64,000 nucleotides of DNA from a virus (lineage: Duplodnaviria > Caudoviricetes), in IMG/VR virus record IMGVR_UViG_3300026549_000034, positions 1-64,000 of that record. One strand, written 5' to 3'. The position numbers and the translations under genes are program-made. Under the pieces are notes generated by a model. The model was not told the DNA's origin. It was given only the letters and a program-made list of their open reading frames with translations, and did no database searches. Below, piece by piece: positions 27,777-36,934 of the stretch (the first letter of the stretch is position 1; each line of letters opens with the position of its first letter).

Positions 27777-28805
27777 ATGCAATCTTTAGAAAGTTATATT
27801 GAACGGTTTAAGAATAATTATTACGAGCGTCATTATCAAATAGATTTAAATAATTTAGATTTATTTGATATGTTGATTTTAGATTCATGTATTAATTATT
27901 ATAAAGTAAACTATGATGAACATTATGAATTTGGACAATTATTTGAAAGTCATTCAGTATTTAATAAGTGCAGAGACATAACTAAATTCTTGACATTTGT
28001 GTTAACTAATTTTGATGTAAAGGAATCATCAATACTTTTTATGTGTAATAATATAGAAGAATTAAAAAATGATTACGTTATATCAATTAATATTAATTAT
28101 GAATCAAATATTGAAGATAATGCACAATATGACCAAACAATAGAAAAAAGCATAATAGATAATAAACTTGATTATATTGTTATAAATATTAATACAAACT
28201 TAGATAAAGACGAAATATATGATAAGATTGAACATGAATTAATTCATTCATTTGAAGATTATAATAGAATAATAAATGGAGCAGAATCTTTAAATGATAA
28301 AGCAATACAAGATAAATATTACAAATTATCATTAAGTGAAACCGATTCACAAGAATTACAAGATGTTAAAAATCTACTATACTTATTAGATAAATCTGAA
28401 CAAAATGCGTATATTGCTCAATTTGATGGAATTTTGGGTGATAATAAATATGTAACAATTCAACAAGCATATGAAAAGATATATAATTCCAAATTATATA
28501 AAGACATTAAATCATTTTCATATTTAGTTCTCAATAAAGATAAAGATACACAAGATTTATTATGTAATTTATACAGAAAAATATATGAGACAAATATAAT
28601 AAACAACAAAATTCTTAAAAAGATATATAAAGAATGGAATAGATTTTTTGAACATTTTAGAAGAAATATATATCAATGTATTTGTGACCATATTAAAGAT
28701 AATAGAAATATTTTAGATCGTGGAAGAACAATAAAAGATAATAGCAAATTAAAAGAAAAAATTGAAAACGAATATTTAAATAAATTTATTTTTATTGAAA
28801 AGTAA
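27777..28805 (+). CDS. putative zinc metallopeptidase-like protein (HExxH)
   Basis: HELIH...EQNAY; N-terminus MQSLESYIE. Confidence 0.55.
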   Translation: MQSLESYIERFKNNYYERHYQIDLNNLDLFDMLILDSCINYYKVNYDEHYEFGQLFESHSVFNKCRDITKFLTFVLTNFDVKESSILFMCNNIEELKNDYVISININYESNIEDNAQYDQTIEKSIIDNKLDYIVININTNLDKDEIYDKIEHELIHSFEDYNRIINGAESLNDKAIQDKYYKLSLSETDSQELQDVKNLLYLLDKSEQNAYIAQFDGILGDNKYVTIQQAYEKIYNSKLYKDIKSFSYLVLNKDKDTQDLLCNLYRKIYETNIINNKILKKIYKEWNRFFEHFRRNIYQCICDHIKDNRNILDRGRTIKDNSKLKEKIENEYLNKFIFIEK

Positions 28806-28818
28806 TTTTATGATTTTT

Positions 28819-28904
28819 GGAGAGTAAAGCTAGACAAGGTCAGCGGCTGCCTGCTAAGCAGTTCGTGCGGGTAACTGCATGTGGGGCGGGACCACTGCTC
28901 TCCG
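28819..28904 (+). tRNA. tRNA-Ser(GCT) with atypical T loop
   Basis: Loop CTGCTAA, long variable arm, G73; T loop GGCGGGA. Confidence 0.85.
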
Positions 28905-28905
28905 C

Positions 28906-29094
28906 AGAAACAATGTAGCGCGCATTAACGTACTGTTGATAGCCTTTGATTTTTGCTATCACCGAAACGTACTGATTCGGGAAAGTTTTCTTGGTCTTAT
29001 AATGAAATTGTTGAAAATTTCATATTTTCAATAATGTAATTTTGAAAATTTCATATTTTCAATAATGCAAAAGCTCGTGATGAGAAAAATCAAG
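28906..29094 (+). ncRNA. duplicated structured RNA, copy 1 (with tandem hairpin insert)
   Basis: Homologous to 29968-30090 with compensatory base changes. Confidence 0.7.
29011..29067 (+). repeat. tandem duplication TTGAAAATTTCATATTTTCAATAATG x2
   Basis: Copies at 29011 and 29042, each a hairpin. Confidence 0.85.
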
Positions 29095-29158
29095 TTTTAT
29101 TTTTATTAAAAGATATAAATTATAAATTATAAATCATAAAAACATTAAAGATTATATT

Positions 29159-29404
29159 ATGAAAAATATAAATGAATATCTGGTGAAAGAATCTGCTGAT
29201 GAAGTAGAACTTGTTGTTCTTTCGCCAGAAGAACTTAAAAAGGTTTTAGAATTTATTAAAGGTAATGAGGATAGAGGTATTTGTTTAAGAGATACACGAA
29301 ATACTGATGATGAATGGTATCAAATAGATGCTTGCTATTATGACGATAGAAATGATAAAGGTCCTCGTAATTGGCCTTGGAAAAAAATAGTAAGAAAAAA
29401 CTAA
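29159..29404 (+). CDS. hypothetical protein with capsid-targeting-like N-terminus
   Basis: MKNINEYLVKE. Confidence 0.65.
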   Translation: MKNINEYLVKESADEVELVVLSPEELKKVLEFIKGNEDRGICLRDTRNTDDEWYQIDACYYDDRNDKGPRNWPWKKIVRKN

Positions 29405-29432
29405 AATAAAATATAAAAATATTATATAAATT

Positions 29433-29729
29433 ATGAAACAAATTCAAAATTTTTTATTTGAGGCATCTATAGTTAATCAGGTAGATAATATAATTATTAG
29501 TGGTTGTGGATCAATGCATAATGAAAATGTAATAAATGTTATTAAGTCATTGAAGAATAATTTTAAAAATGCTAATTTATATGTATATGACGGTGATAAA
29601 GATGAAGTTATTCCATTAAAGGATATTAATGATTTTAAAGCCAATGGTCCTCATAATAATAATTTATCTGGTATTGCAAAATTTTACAAAGATCATTTAG
29701 GAGAAATAACAATATTTATACAAAACTAA
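29433..29729 (+). CDS. hypothetical protein with capsid-targeting-like N-terminus
   Basis: MKQIQNFLFEA. Confidence 0.65.
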   Translation: MKQIQNFLFEASIVNQVDNIIISGCGSMHNENVINVIKSLKNNFKNANLYVYDGDKDEVIPLKDINDFKANGPHNNNLSGIAKFYKDHLGEITIFIQN

Positions 29730-29897
29730 TATATCCAAGTAGTCATGAATGCTTGGTGACGTAAAGCCTAAATCCCCGTCATTTAGGGAGAATCGTAAGT
29801 CTCATATCACAAGTACAGGGCCTATGATATCTGTGGTTTAAGAAGGTTTACCTGAGGATAAGAAACCCAAAAACTTCAAAAGAGCCTTGTGTTTTTT

Positions 29898-29966
29898 ACC
29901 TCTTTAGCTCAATGTTAGAGCCTTGGATTTTACCGAGAGATATAGGTTCGATTCCTATGAGAGGTA
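29898..29966 (+). tRNA. tRNA-like gene with 6 nt anticodon loop (identity undetermined)
   Basis: CTTGG-ATTTTA-CCGAG; D arm identical to the 27043 copy. Confidence 0.6.
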
Positions 29967-29967
29967 C

Positions 29968-30090
29968 AGAAACAATGTAGCGCGCATTAACGTACTGTCG
30001 ATAACCTCTATTTTGTTATCGCCGAAACGTACAGATTCGGGAAAGTTTTATTGGTTTTATAATGCAAAAGCTCAAATGAGAAAAACCAAT
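29968..30090 (+). ncRNA. duplicated structured RNA, copy 2
   Basis: Homologous to 28906-29094. Confidence 0.7.
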
Positions 30091-30196
30091 TTTAATAATT
30101 TGGATGCCTGCTGATATTGTAGAACATGTGAAAATTGTGTCTACCTTGTCCACCAGCTCGGTATTAAATAGCAGAATGTGTCCAAATTATTTTAAT

Positions 30197-30283
30197 GCCC
30201 AGGTGTTGGAATGGTAGACATCCCTGCCTTAGAAGCAGGTGCGAAATAATAGTAGCGTGGGAGTTCGAGTCTCCCTCTGGGTA
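30197..30283 (+). tRNA. tRNA-Leu(TAG)
   Basis: Loop CTTAGAA, class II, A73. Confidence 0.92.
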
Positions 30284-30291
30284 CAAAATAT

Positions 30292-30364
30292 TGGGATATG
30301 GTGTAATGGTTGAGCACACAGGTCTCTGAAGCCTTTAGTATCAGTTCGAATCTGGTTATCCCAA
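30292..30364 (+). tRNA. tRNA-Gln(CTG)
   Basis: U1-A72, loop CTCTGAA. Confidence 0.88.
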
Positions 30365-30500
30365 CAAATACTGCCCGTAGTTTTAGATATGAGTTTGACC
30401 CGTATAAGAAACCATATCAAAAACATTTTCAATGACTATAGGAAGAGATTATTGCAGTTGCTCTTCAAAAAACGCACATCCTATATAGAAAATGTAAAAT

Positions 30501-30588
30501 GCGGCTGTGGAGGAATAGGCAGACTCGTTTGCCTAAGGAGCAAATTCGAAATAACAGTAGAGTGTGGGTTCGAGTCCCACCAGCCGTA
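30501..30588 (+). tRNA. tRNA-Leu(AAG)
   Basis: TTTGC-CTAAGGA-GCAAA; Leu-type D arm and variable arm. Confidence 0.88.
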
Positions 30589-30733
30589 CAATTTGTGTAA
30601 TAATAGTAACACTGGATGTGCACGTTGTTATCTATTCAGAGGATAAGAAGTATGAATATATAAATAAGTAATAATAGCGCTATAAAATTATTCATATTGT
30701 TCATATTTAACTGTAAATTTCACTTATCCAAAA

Positions 30734-31272
30734 GCCTCAGTAGTTCAATGGATAGAACAATTGCCTTCAAATTTTCTGTGAAGAAATAATCAGGAGTGCA
30801 TAGGCGAGAAATCCCTATGTAGAATCTCCTAAATTCGGTGGAGGGCCTTTGCGGTAGAAACTTAAGGCTATCAAAGTTAAAACACTAACCAATAATGTGT
30901 AAGGATAATACCGAGCGAAAATGAAAGAAAGTGGCAAGCAAATCACTACCCCATAAACTCTGTGCTTGGTCAGAGTGTTTCATAATCGTGTAGAGACTGA
31001 ACGGGAGATACCTAAGTTGAAATTATACCTCATATACGTGTCCATAAGATTGTAAAAACGGTAAATGGGCAGCCATTTAATCGGAATGAGACTTGCAAGA
31101 ATTTCAATAAGGTAAAGAGACAGTCCAGGCCACAACAGACAAAGAGCGCTGAAGCATCGGTGTAAAATCGAGTTCTCACGCTTAAATAACTAAATTAGTG
31201 TCTTTGTTTGGCTATGGTAACATAGAGTGGTAAGCTAAGCAATCAATCTGGGTTCGATTCCCGGCTGAGGTA
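30734..31272 (+). tRNA. tRNA-Arg(TCT) interrupted by a group I intron (exons 30734-30767 and 31235-31272)
   Basis: Joined exons give ATTGC-CTTCTAA-GCAAT, A20, normal T arm. Confidence 0.88.
30768..31234 (+). ncRNA. group I self-splicing intron (IC3-like), no ORF
   Basis: Core motifs AAATTCGGTG, ATACCGAGC, GTAGAGACTGAACGG, GACAGTCC; exon ends in U, intron ends in G. Confidence 0.88.
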
Positions 31273-31317
31273 CAAATCAAAATCCTACATTAATATTATT
31301 GTATCAATATTTTTAAT

Positions 31318-31396
31318 GCCACAATGGCGGAATTAGGTAGACGCGCTAGATTCAAAATCTAGTCTTCGGGTGTAGGTTCGAGTCCTACTTGTGGTA
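31318..31396 (+). tRNA. tRNA-Leu(CAA)
   Basis: Loop TTCAAAA, Leu D arm. Confidence 0.92.
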
Positions 31397-31618
31397 CTTA
31401 TTTAAATATTCTTTAAATAATTTATAAGATGGATATTTAGAATATTTATTTAATGATAATTTAATTGATTTTAAAAATGTCAATACAATTAAATTATCAT
31501 GTTTATATTAGTTTTTTAAATATTTTTAATAAATACAAATACATATGTAGATTTTTTTATGAATTGTTAAATTAAAATTACATATGATTCTATTTTTAAA
31601 ATAACAAATTAATAAATT

Positions 31619-32164
31619 ATGAATAATAATATGAATGATACTAGTTCACTTTTTAAATTGATTGATTCCATATTTGGTGATTTAATTGTTGTAAATGACG
31701 ATGATGACAAAAACATTGAAAAACAAGAATGTAAAACACAAGAATGTAAACAACAAGACAATGAAGATAAGAATGAAATTAATCATGAAATAATTTCTGA
31801 CTTATTTACGGAAGATGATATTAAAGATCCAGTAAAAAGAAAACAAATTATTGATTCATTAGTAAATATAAAAGACAATTATTTGTTTAAGATATTGATG
31901 AAAAACAACAAATATCTTAACGATATAATTACTAATACTATTGATGTTTTGAACGAATATGAGAAGAAGGAAGAAAAGAAAATTGTAAGACCTTCTGAAA
32001 ATATTGATCCTACTGTCGGAGTACAACTTCATAAATTGGTTACAAAATATGTAGATGAATATATTAGACCATACGTTAATGATTCTGAAAAACATAAAGA
32101 TATGATAAACAATATATATGCTGGTCTTTATGAATATTCATGCTGGGTAATACAACAAAAATAA
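31619..32164 (+). CDS. hypothetical protein
   Basis: 181 aa ORF after promoter motif. Confidence 0.7.
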   Translation: MNNNMNDTSSLFKLIDSIFGDLIVVNDDDDKNIEKQECKTQECKQQDNEDKNEINHEIISDLFTEDDIKDPVKRKQIIDSLVNIKDNYLFKILMKNNKYLNDIITNTIDVLNEYEKKEEKKIVRPSENIDPTVGVQLHKLVTKYVDEYIRPYVNDSEKHKDMINNIYAGLYEYSCWVIQQK

Positions 32165-32176
32165 TCAAATAGTTAA

Positions 32177-32509
32177 ATGTTAAAAGTTAATGATTTACAG
32201 AAACAAATAAAAGCCGGTTTGACAGAAGTATATAAGCCAGCAATTGAACGTATTATTTTAATGTCATTTCCTGAAAAGACAGATGCTGGTGATAAGCTTG
32301 CAGCCGATATTGCCGAAGCATTTGATGATATGACTTCTGAAGCTGTTGCTGAAATATTAGCTAATGCAATTGACTATTATGTAAAAAATATTACTATTAC
32401 TGGTAATCTTATAACAAATGGATCACCGACAACACATACATGTACAATAACGCCTGCGCCAACACCTATCACAGCAGGAAAAATACCAAATACTTTAGGA
32501 ATATCTTAA
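32177..32509 (+). CDS. hypothetical protein (possibly virion associated)
   Basis: 110 aa ORF. Confidence 0.7.
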   Translation: MLKVNDLQKQIKAGLTEVYKPAIERIILMSFPEKTDAGDKLAADIAEAFDDMTSEAVAEILANAIDYYVKNITITGNLITNGSPTTHTCTITPAPTPITAGKIPNTLGIS

Positions 32510-32615
32510 AAAAATAAAAAAGAATATTTGAATATATCTTTGAACTTTAACAATTTTAAAATAACAAAAACAATAAAAATTTGAAAATATAAATTTATCT
32601 AATTATTTAACAAGT

Positions 32616-33698
32616 ATGAACGAAAATGAAATTTTGGGATTTGATCCCTCACAGTTGTCAGTTTTTAATCAAGACGAAAACACACCAAAGAATTTTAACA
32701 GTAACATTTACAAGACAAGACCTGCAGATTCAAAGTCTGATGATGGTATTTATCGAGCAACAATTAAGGTAATTTATAATCCTTTTAATCTTAAGAACAG
32801 TGTACTTCAACAGCAATCTTATGGTTTGCAAGACAATGAAGGTTGGTTTAGCGTAGTAAGTTCTTTGACAGTTAATGATACAAATTGTCCTATTTTCAAG
32901 GCATGGAAGAAGTGTCATTATGCAGAAAAGGGTTCACAACTTTATTTACAGGCTGCTCCAAAAGAGGAAGGCGGTAATGCATTATTTGATAAGAGATTTG
33001 CTCGTTATGTAACAGTTCAGATTATTGAAGATAAGAATCAACCTGAACTTGAAGGAAAGTATATGTTCTGGAAGTTGCCTAAGTCAATTTGGGATATTAT
33101 TAATGCAAAAATGAATCCTTCAGTAGAATCTAAGAAGGCACCAATTCCTGTTATGGACTTCTTGTTCGGTAGAGCAATTGATATTGAAGTCATCCCAGGA
33201 CCTAAGGATCCTTTGCATCCAGAGCGTGTACAACGTGAGACAAAGTACATGGGTGAGATTAGTGAAGATGTTGTAAGCTGTGTAAATCCTGATGGAAGTC
33301 CTTTGCTTAATGATAGTGAGCAAGATGTATTGGATGAATATGTTCGTCAAATGTCTAAGGTATGGCGTTCTAAGAATCCTGAAGAAAGAGCAGAATTGGT
33401 AAAGGAAATTAATGCAAATGAAAATACACAAAAGCTTCGTAAGATTTATGAAAGAGTTCTTGAAGAAATTAAGAAGGTTTGTCCTGATCTTAATGAAGAA
33501 CTTGGATATCATGAATGGCCTGATAATGTTAAGCAACGTGTACAAAAGTGGATTGATATTGTATTAAGTGGTAATTTGCCAGCAACAAGTGATAATGACG
33601 GTGCAGCAGTAGCATCAACACTTGAAGCTAAGCCAGAAGTACCAGCAAGTACCGCAAGTTCTACAGAAACCGATACATCAGATGATTTACCATTTTAA
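32616..33698 (+). CDS. single-stranded DNA-binding protein (T4 gp32-like)
   Basis: CPI, RYVTVQIIED..PELEGK..FW.LPK.I, acidic tail DDLPF. Confidence 0.8.
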   Translation: MNENEILGFDPSQLSVFNQDENTPKNFNSNIYKTRPADSKSDDGIYRATIKVIYNPFNLKNSVLQQQSYGLQDNEGWFSVVSSLTVNDTNCPIFKAWKKCHYAEKGSQLYLQAAPKEEGGNALFDKRFARYVTVQIIEDKNQPELEGKYMFWKLPKSIWDIINAKMNPSVESKKAPIPVMDFLFGRAIDIEVIPGPKDPLHPERVQRETKYMGEISEDVVSCVNPDGSPLLNDSEQDVLDEYVRQMSKVWRSKNPEERAELVKEINANENTQKLRKIYERVLEEIKKVCPDLNEELGYHEWPDNVKQRVQKWIDIVLSGNLPATSDNDGAAVASTLEAKPEVPASTASSTETDTSDDLPF

Positions 33699-33715
33699 TT
33701 TATATAATATTTTTG

Positions 33716-33745
33716 AAGAGGATGTCATATGACATCCTCTTTTTT
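33716..33745 (+). terminator. intrinsic terminator
   Basis: Palindrome AAGAGGATGTCAT/ATGACATCCTCTT plus U tract. Confidence 0.8.
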
Positions 33746-33810
33746 GTTTTAAATAATTCGGAACAAAAAACTATATTTAATTTATATATAAATTTTAAAA
33801 TTAATAGATT

Positions 33811-34434
33811 ATGAATAATAAAAAATTTGAAATTACTGAGATTATTGATTTGACAGAAAATGCATCTTTTACTTTAGTTAATGATGATTTTGAAAATGAA
33901 GCAACAGTTGTCATTAAGGATGAAAAGATTGGAATTTATTTTGAAAACGGTGATATTGAAGAATTTGGTGATGATTATACTTCTATGCTAAATAGAGTAA
34001 ATGAACTTGGATATAAGTTTGTCAAGCTTATGAATGGTGCTCATAGATGGAAGAAATATAATCCTAATCCTAAGTCAAGAAATACTGGTGATTGTACTAT
34101 TAGAGCATATTGTGCGGCATTCAATATTAGTTGGGATAAAGCATATGATGAAGCTTCAAACTATGCTAAAGAAGAAAAATATATTCTTGATGCTACACCG
34201 GTAGTAAAGAAAATTGTAGTTGATCATTTTGGTTGTATTGAGGATGAAGACTATAAGAAAACAAAAGCAAAAGATAGAATGACAGTAAATACTTTTGCAA
34301 TGACGCATCCTTACGGAACTTATATTGTACACATTAGAGGACATCTTGTTACTGTTAAGAATGGTGAATACTGGGATTCTTGGGATAGTGGTGACAAGAA
34401 GGTAGATGCAATATATAAAGTTGCTAAAAGATAA
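33811..34434 (+). CDS. hypothetical protein with putative Cys-His-Asp (papain-like) C-terminal domain
   Basis: YNPNP..GDCTIRA...GHLVTV..G.YWDSWDS. Confidence 0.6.
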   Translation: MNNKKFEITEIIDLTENASFTLVNDDFENEATVVIKDEKIGIYFENGDIEEFGDDYTSMLNRVNELGYKFVKLMNGAHRWKKYNPNPKSRNTGDCTIRAYCAAFNISWDKAYDEASNYAKEEKYILDATPVVKKIVVDHFGCIEDEDYKKTKAKDRMTVNTFAMTHPYGTYIVHIRGHLVTVKNGEYWDSWDSGDKKVDAIYKVAKR

Positions 34435-34435
34435 A

Positions 34436-34987
34436 ATGAAAAATATTAAAGAATATATTAACGAGCAATTTAATCCAGAATGGGACTATGTTATAGAAAT
34501 GGCTTCTATAGGATATCCCATTCTTAATAAACAAAAACATTATATTGCTTTACACGGTGCACATGCTGGTGACAGGGAAAGACCACATATTCATATATAT
34601 TTAGAAAATGATATTAGGCCATTTAGTAAATTTAATTTTGAAATAGCATTAGATGAAATATTATGTTATGATGAAATTAATTTAATTAGAATGGTAGATA
34701 GTAAAAAACATATAGATATTAGAAATAGAAATAAGTGCTCATGGGAAGGATATAATAAACTAAAAAATGACTTTGAAGATTGGTTGTTTTCTAATGAGGT
34801 TGATTTACGAGGTGATTATATAGATAATTTAGATGCTTGTATATATTTTTATAATCAAGAATCTGGAAAATCTGAAAATAATCCTTTATTAAAATATATC
34901 AAAGATCATGGCATGAAAATTCTCCAAAAATATGAAAAATATTTTTCTAAAGAAGATAAAGAACAATATAAAGAATGTTTTAATTAA
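34436..34987 (+). CDS. hypothetical protein (DUF4160-like PHIH motif) with capsid-targeting-like N-terminus
   Basis: MKNIKEYINE; DRERPHIHI. Confidence 0.6.
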   Translation: MKNIKEYINEQFNPEWDYVIEMASIGYPILNKQKHYIALHGAHAGDRERPHIHIYLENDIRPFSKFNFEIALDEILCYDEINLIRMVDSKKHIDIRNRNKCSWEGYNKLKNDFEDWLFSNEVDLRGDYIDNLDACIYFYNQESGKSENNPLLKYIKDHGMKILQKYEKYFSKEDKEQYKECFN

Positions 34988-34992
34988 AAATT

Positions 34993-35940
34993 ATGAAAAT
35001 AGTATTTGATACAGAAAAGAATACAGTAAAGGTTGGAAATAAGACCTTCGGTGTAGATATGCAAAAGGAAAAAGAAAATTGTATTGTATCATTTTTCAAT
35101 AAGTTTGTAAAAGATCATACAACTCTTAATGACTTTAATGGATATGAGGAAGATTCAATGTGGATGTCATATAGATATTGCATTGGAAGACATACTATTG
35201 CAAGTCATATGCGGGCTGGTGATATTGCTTCAAATTGTTATGGACGTATGAGTGAAGAACGTTCTATATTTACTGCATATGATATAAATAGAGAGATTGA
35301 ACAAAGCATGCAATTCGGCAGTGGACCAGACTGGCATTTCCCTATTACTTCACTTAACAAAATTTATACAAGTGCAATAGATATATTTTGTCAGTTCATT
35401 GAAGATTATAATATTCAGTCAAAAGAAGACTATCTTAAATACTATGCAATTGATGTGATTCTTACAGATAATGAACGAGGCTACAAAATTGAAACAACAA
35501 CTTGGGAAGAAAAGTTACAATCATTAATACCTTTATTTAAAGAAATATATGGGGATGATAATTGTAATGTTGAAAGTATTAAAGAACTTATAAATGAGAC
35601 AAAAAAGAAAAGTACTGATGATGTAGATTCAAGAATTCGTTGGATTATTAAAAGTTATCCTAATCCTGATTATTTCTATTTTAATGACATTGAAGACTTG
35701 TTTGTGTGGAACAATTTGGTACATTTGTTTGATTTAGAACATCATCATAAGTCTATTCTTACAAATGGTGAAGAAGTTGAATGGTATTGGACATATACGC
35801 ATGCAAGTGAGCAACATGAAGACGGATATTGGTATCGTAAAGAAGTTGGATATGAAAGAATAAGAGTTCCAGTTGATGCAAAAATAGGAAGTGTTACAAC
35901 TTGGATTCCTGAAGAAAGTATAAAAGAAGATTTATATTAA
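34993..35940 (+). CDS. hypothetical protein
   Basis: 315 aa ORF. Confidence 0.75.
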   Translation: MKIVFDTEKNTVKVGNKTFGVDMQKEKENCIVSFFNKFVKDHTTLNDFNGYEEDSMWMSYRYCIGRHTIASHMRAGDIASNCYGRMSEERSIFTAYDINREIEQSMQFGSGPDWHFPITSLNKIYTSAIDIFCQFIEDYNIQSKEDYLKYYAIDVILTDNERGYKIETTTWEEKLQSLIPLFKEIYGDDNCNVESIKELINETKKKSTDDVDSRIRWIIKSYPNPDYFYFNDIEDLFVWNNLVHLFDLEHHHKSILTNGEEVEWYWTYTHASEQHEDGYWYRKEVGYERIRVPVDAKIGSVTTWIPEESIKEDLY

Positions 35941-35956
35941 AGAAAATATATTTAAC

Positions 35957-36196
35957 ATGGATAAATTAGATATTAATAGACAGGTTATTGAATACGATTC
36001 TCGGCCGTTTGGTGATTGTTATTTTCAGTATAAAAACATTAGAATTGAAATTGATGAAGATACAAACATCATTCGAATTATGAAAGGTAATAAAATGGTA
36101 AAATTTTGGTATGAACTTGATACAATTCAAACATCCAAATTACCTAATAGTTGTGAAATTATTCATGAATTTAATAACGTATTTGAAAATAAATAA
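35957..36196 (+). CDS. hypothetical protein
   Basis: 79 aa ORF in operon. Confidence 0.6.
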   Translation: MDKLDINRQVIEYDSRPFGDCYFQYKNIRIEIDEDTNIIRIMKGNKMVKFWYELDTIQTSKLPNSCEIIHEFNNVFENK

Positions 36197-36217
36197 AAAA
36201 TATATAATATAATATAA

Positions 36218-36934
36218 ATGATTAAGTGGGATAAATATTTTAGTAATATATATGTTGTAAGTAGATGCTCAAATTTTGATAAACGAGAAAGTGTTGAACG
36301 AGAGTTTAAACGTATTGGATTAAATAACTATAATTGGTTTTATAATTGTGATGATGAATTAATTGATTATGAAAGACTAATTAATTATCATAGAAGCAAA
36401 GCAGCAGTAAGATGTACACATGCTCATTATAGATTAATAAAGACATTATATGAATTAAACTATGATAATGTATTAATAATTGAAGATGATATACATTTTT
36501 TACAAGACATAAGTAAAATAAAGAAACAATTAGATATATTCAATAAGCAAAAACATCTATGTAATGGTTATTTCTTTAGTTATGTTATATATGGTATATC
36601 TATATTTTTAGCAGACTTCTATTATCTTGATAGAAAATTAATGAAATATCTATTATATTGTTTTGAACATTATCCTTGTGCAAATGATAACTATATATTT
36701 ACAAATTATATATATCCTAATGATGTTACAGGCATTACAATGCAATTTGGTTCCACAACATCAAATGACAGTATTACAGCAAAAATATCTTCAGAGGATA
36801 ATTTGTTACCGTTACAAATAATGTTAGCACCTCAACGCATTTCTGTACAACCAGATAAAATTAATTTCTATACTACAGAAAACTCTGAACATGTTACTAA
36901 CAAAATAGAAAACTTTAATGAATATAACGTATGA
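36218..36934 (+). CDS. glycosyltransferase family 25-like protein
   Basis: IYVVS...KR, C..AH, VLIIEDD. Confidence 0.7.
   Translation: MIKWDKYFSNIYVVSRCSNFDKRESVEREFKRIGLNNYNWFYNCDDELIDYERLINYHRSKAAVRCTHAHYRLIKTLYELNYDNVLIIEDDIHFLQDISKIKKQLDIFNKQKHLCNGYFFSYVIYGISIFLADFYYLDRKLMKYLLYCFEHYPCANDNYIFTNYIYPNDVTGITMQFGSTTSNDSITAKISSEDNLLPLQIMLAPQRISVQPDKINFYTTENSEHVTNKIENFNEYNV

Noticed and set aside
28920-28970. Hammerhead ribozyme (CTGTTGA...CGAAAC)
   Set aside because: Core CUGA is CUGU, and extra bases separate stem II from GAAA
23734-30646. Short ORFs in the tRNA island (23734, 24063, 25647, 26417, 29923, 30229, 30389)
   Set aside because: They overlap tRNAs or structured RNAs, mostly with alternative starts; considered shadow ORFs
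23400-31400. CRISPR array
   Set aside because: Repeated motifs are few, unevenly spaced and embedded in RNA folds; there is no repeat-spacer periodicity and no cas genes
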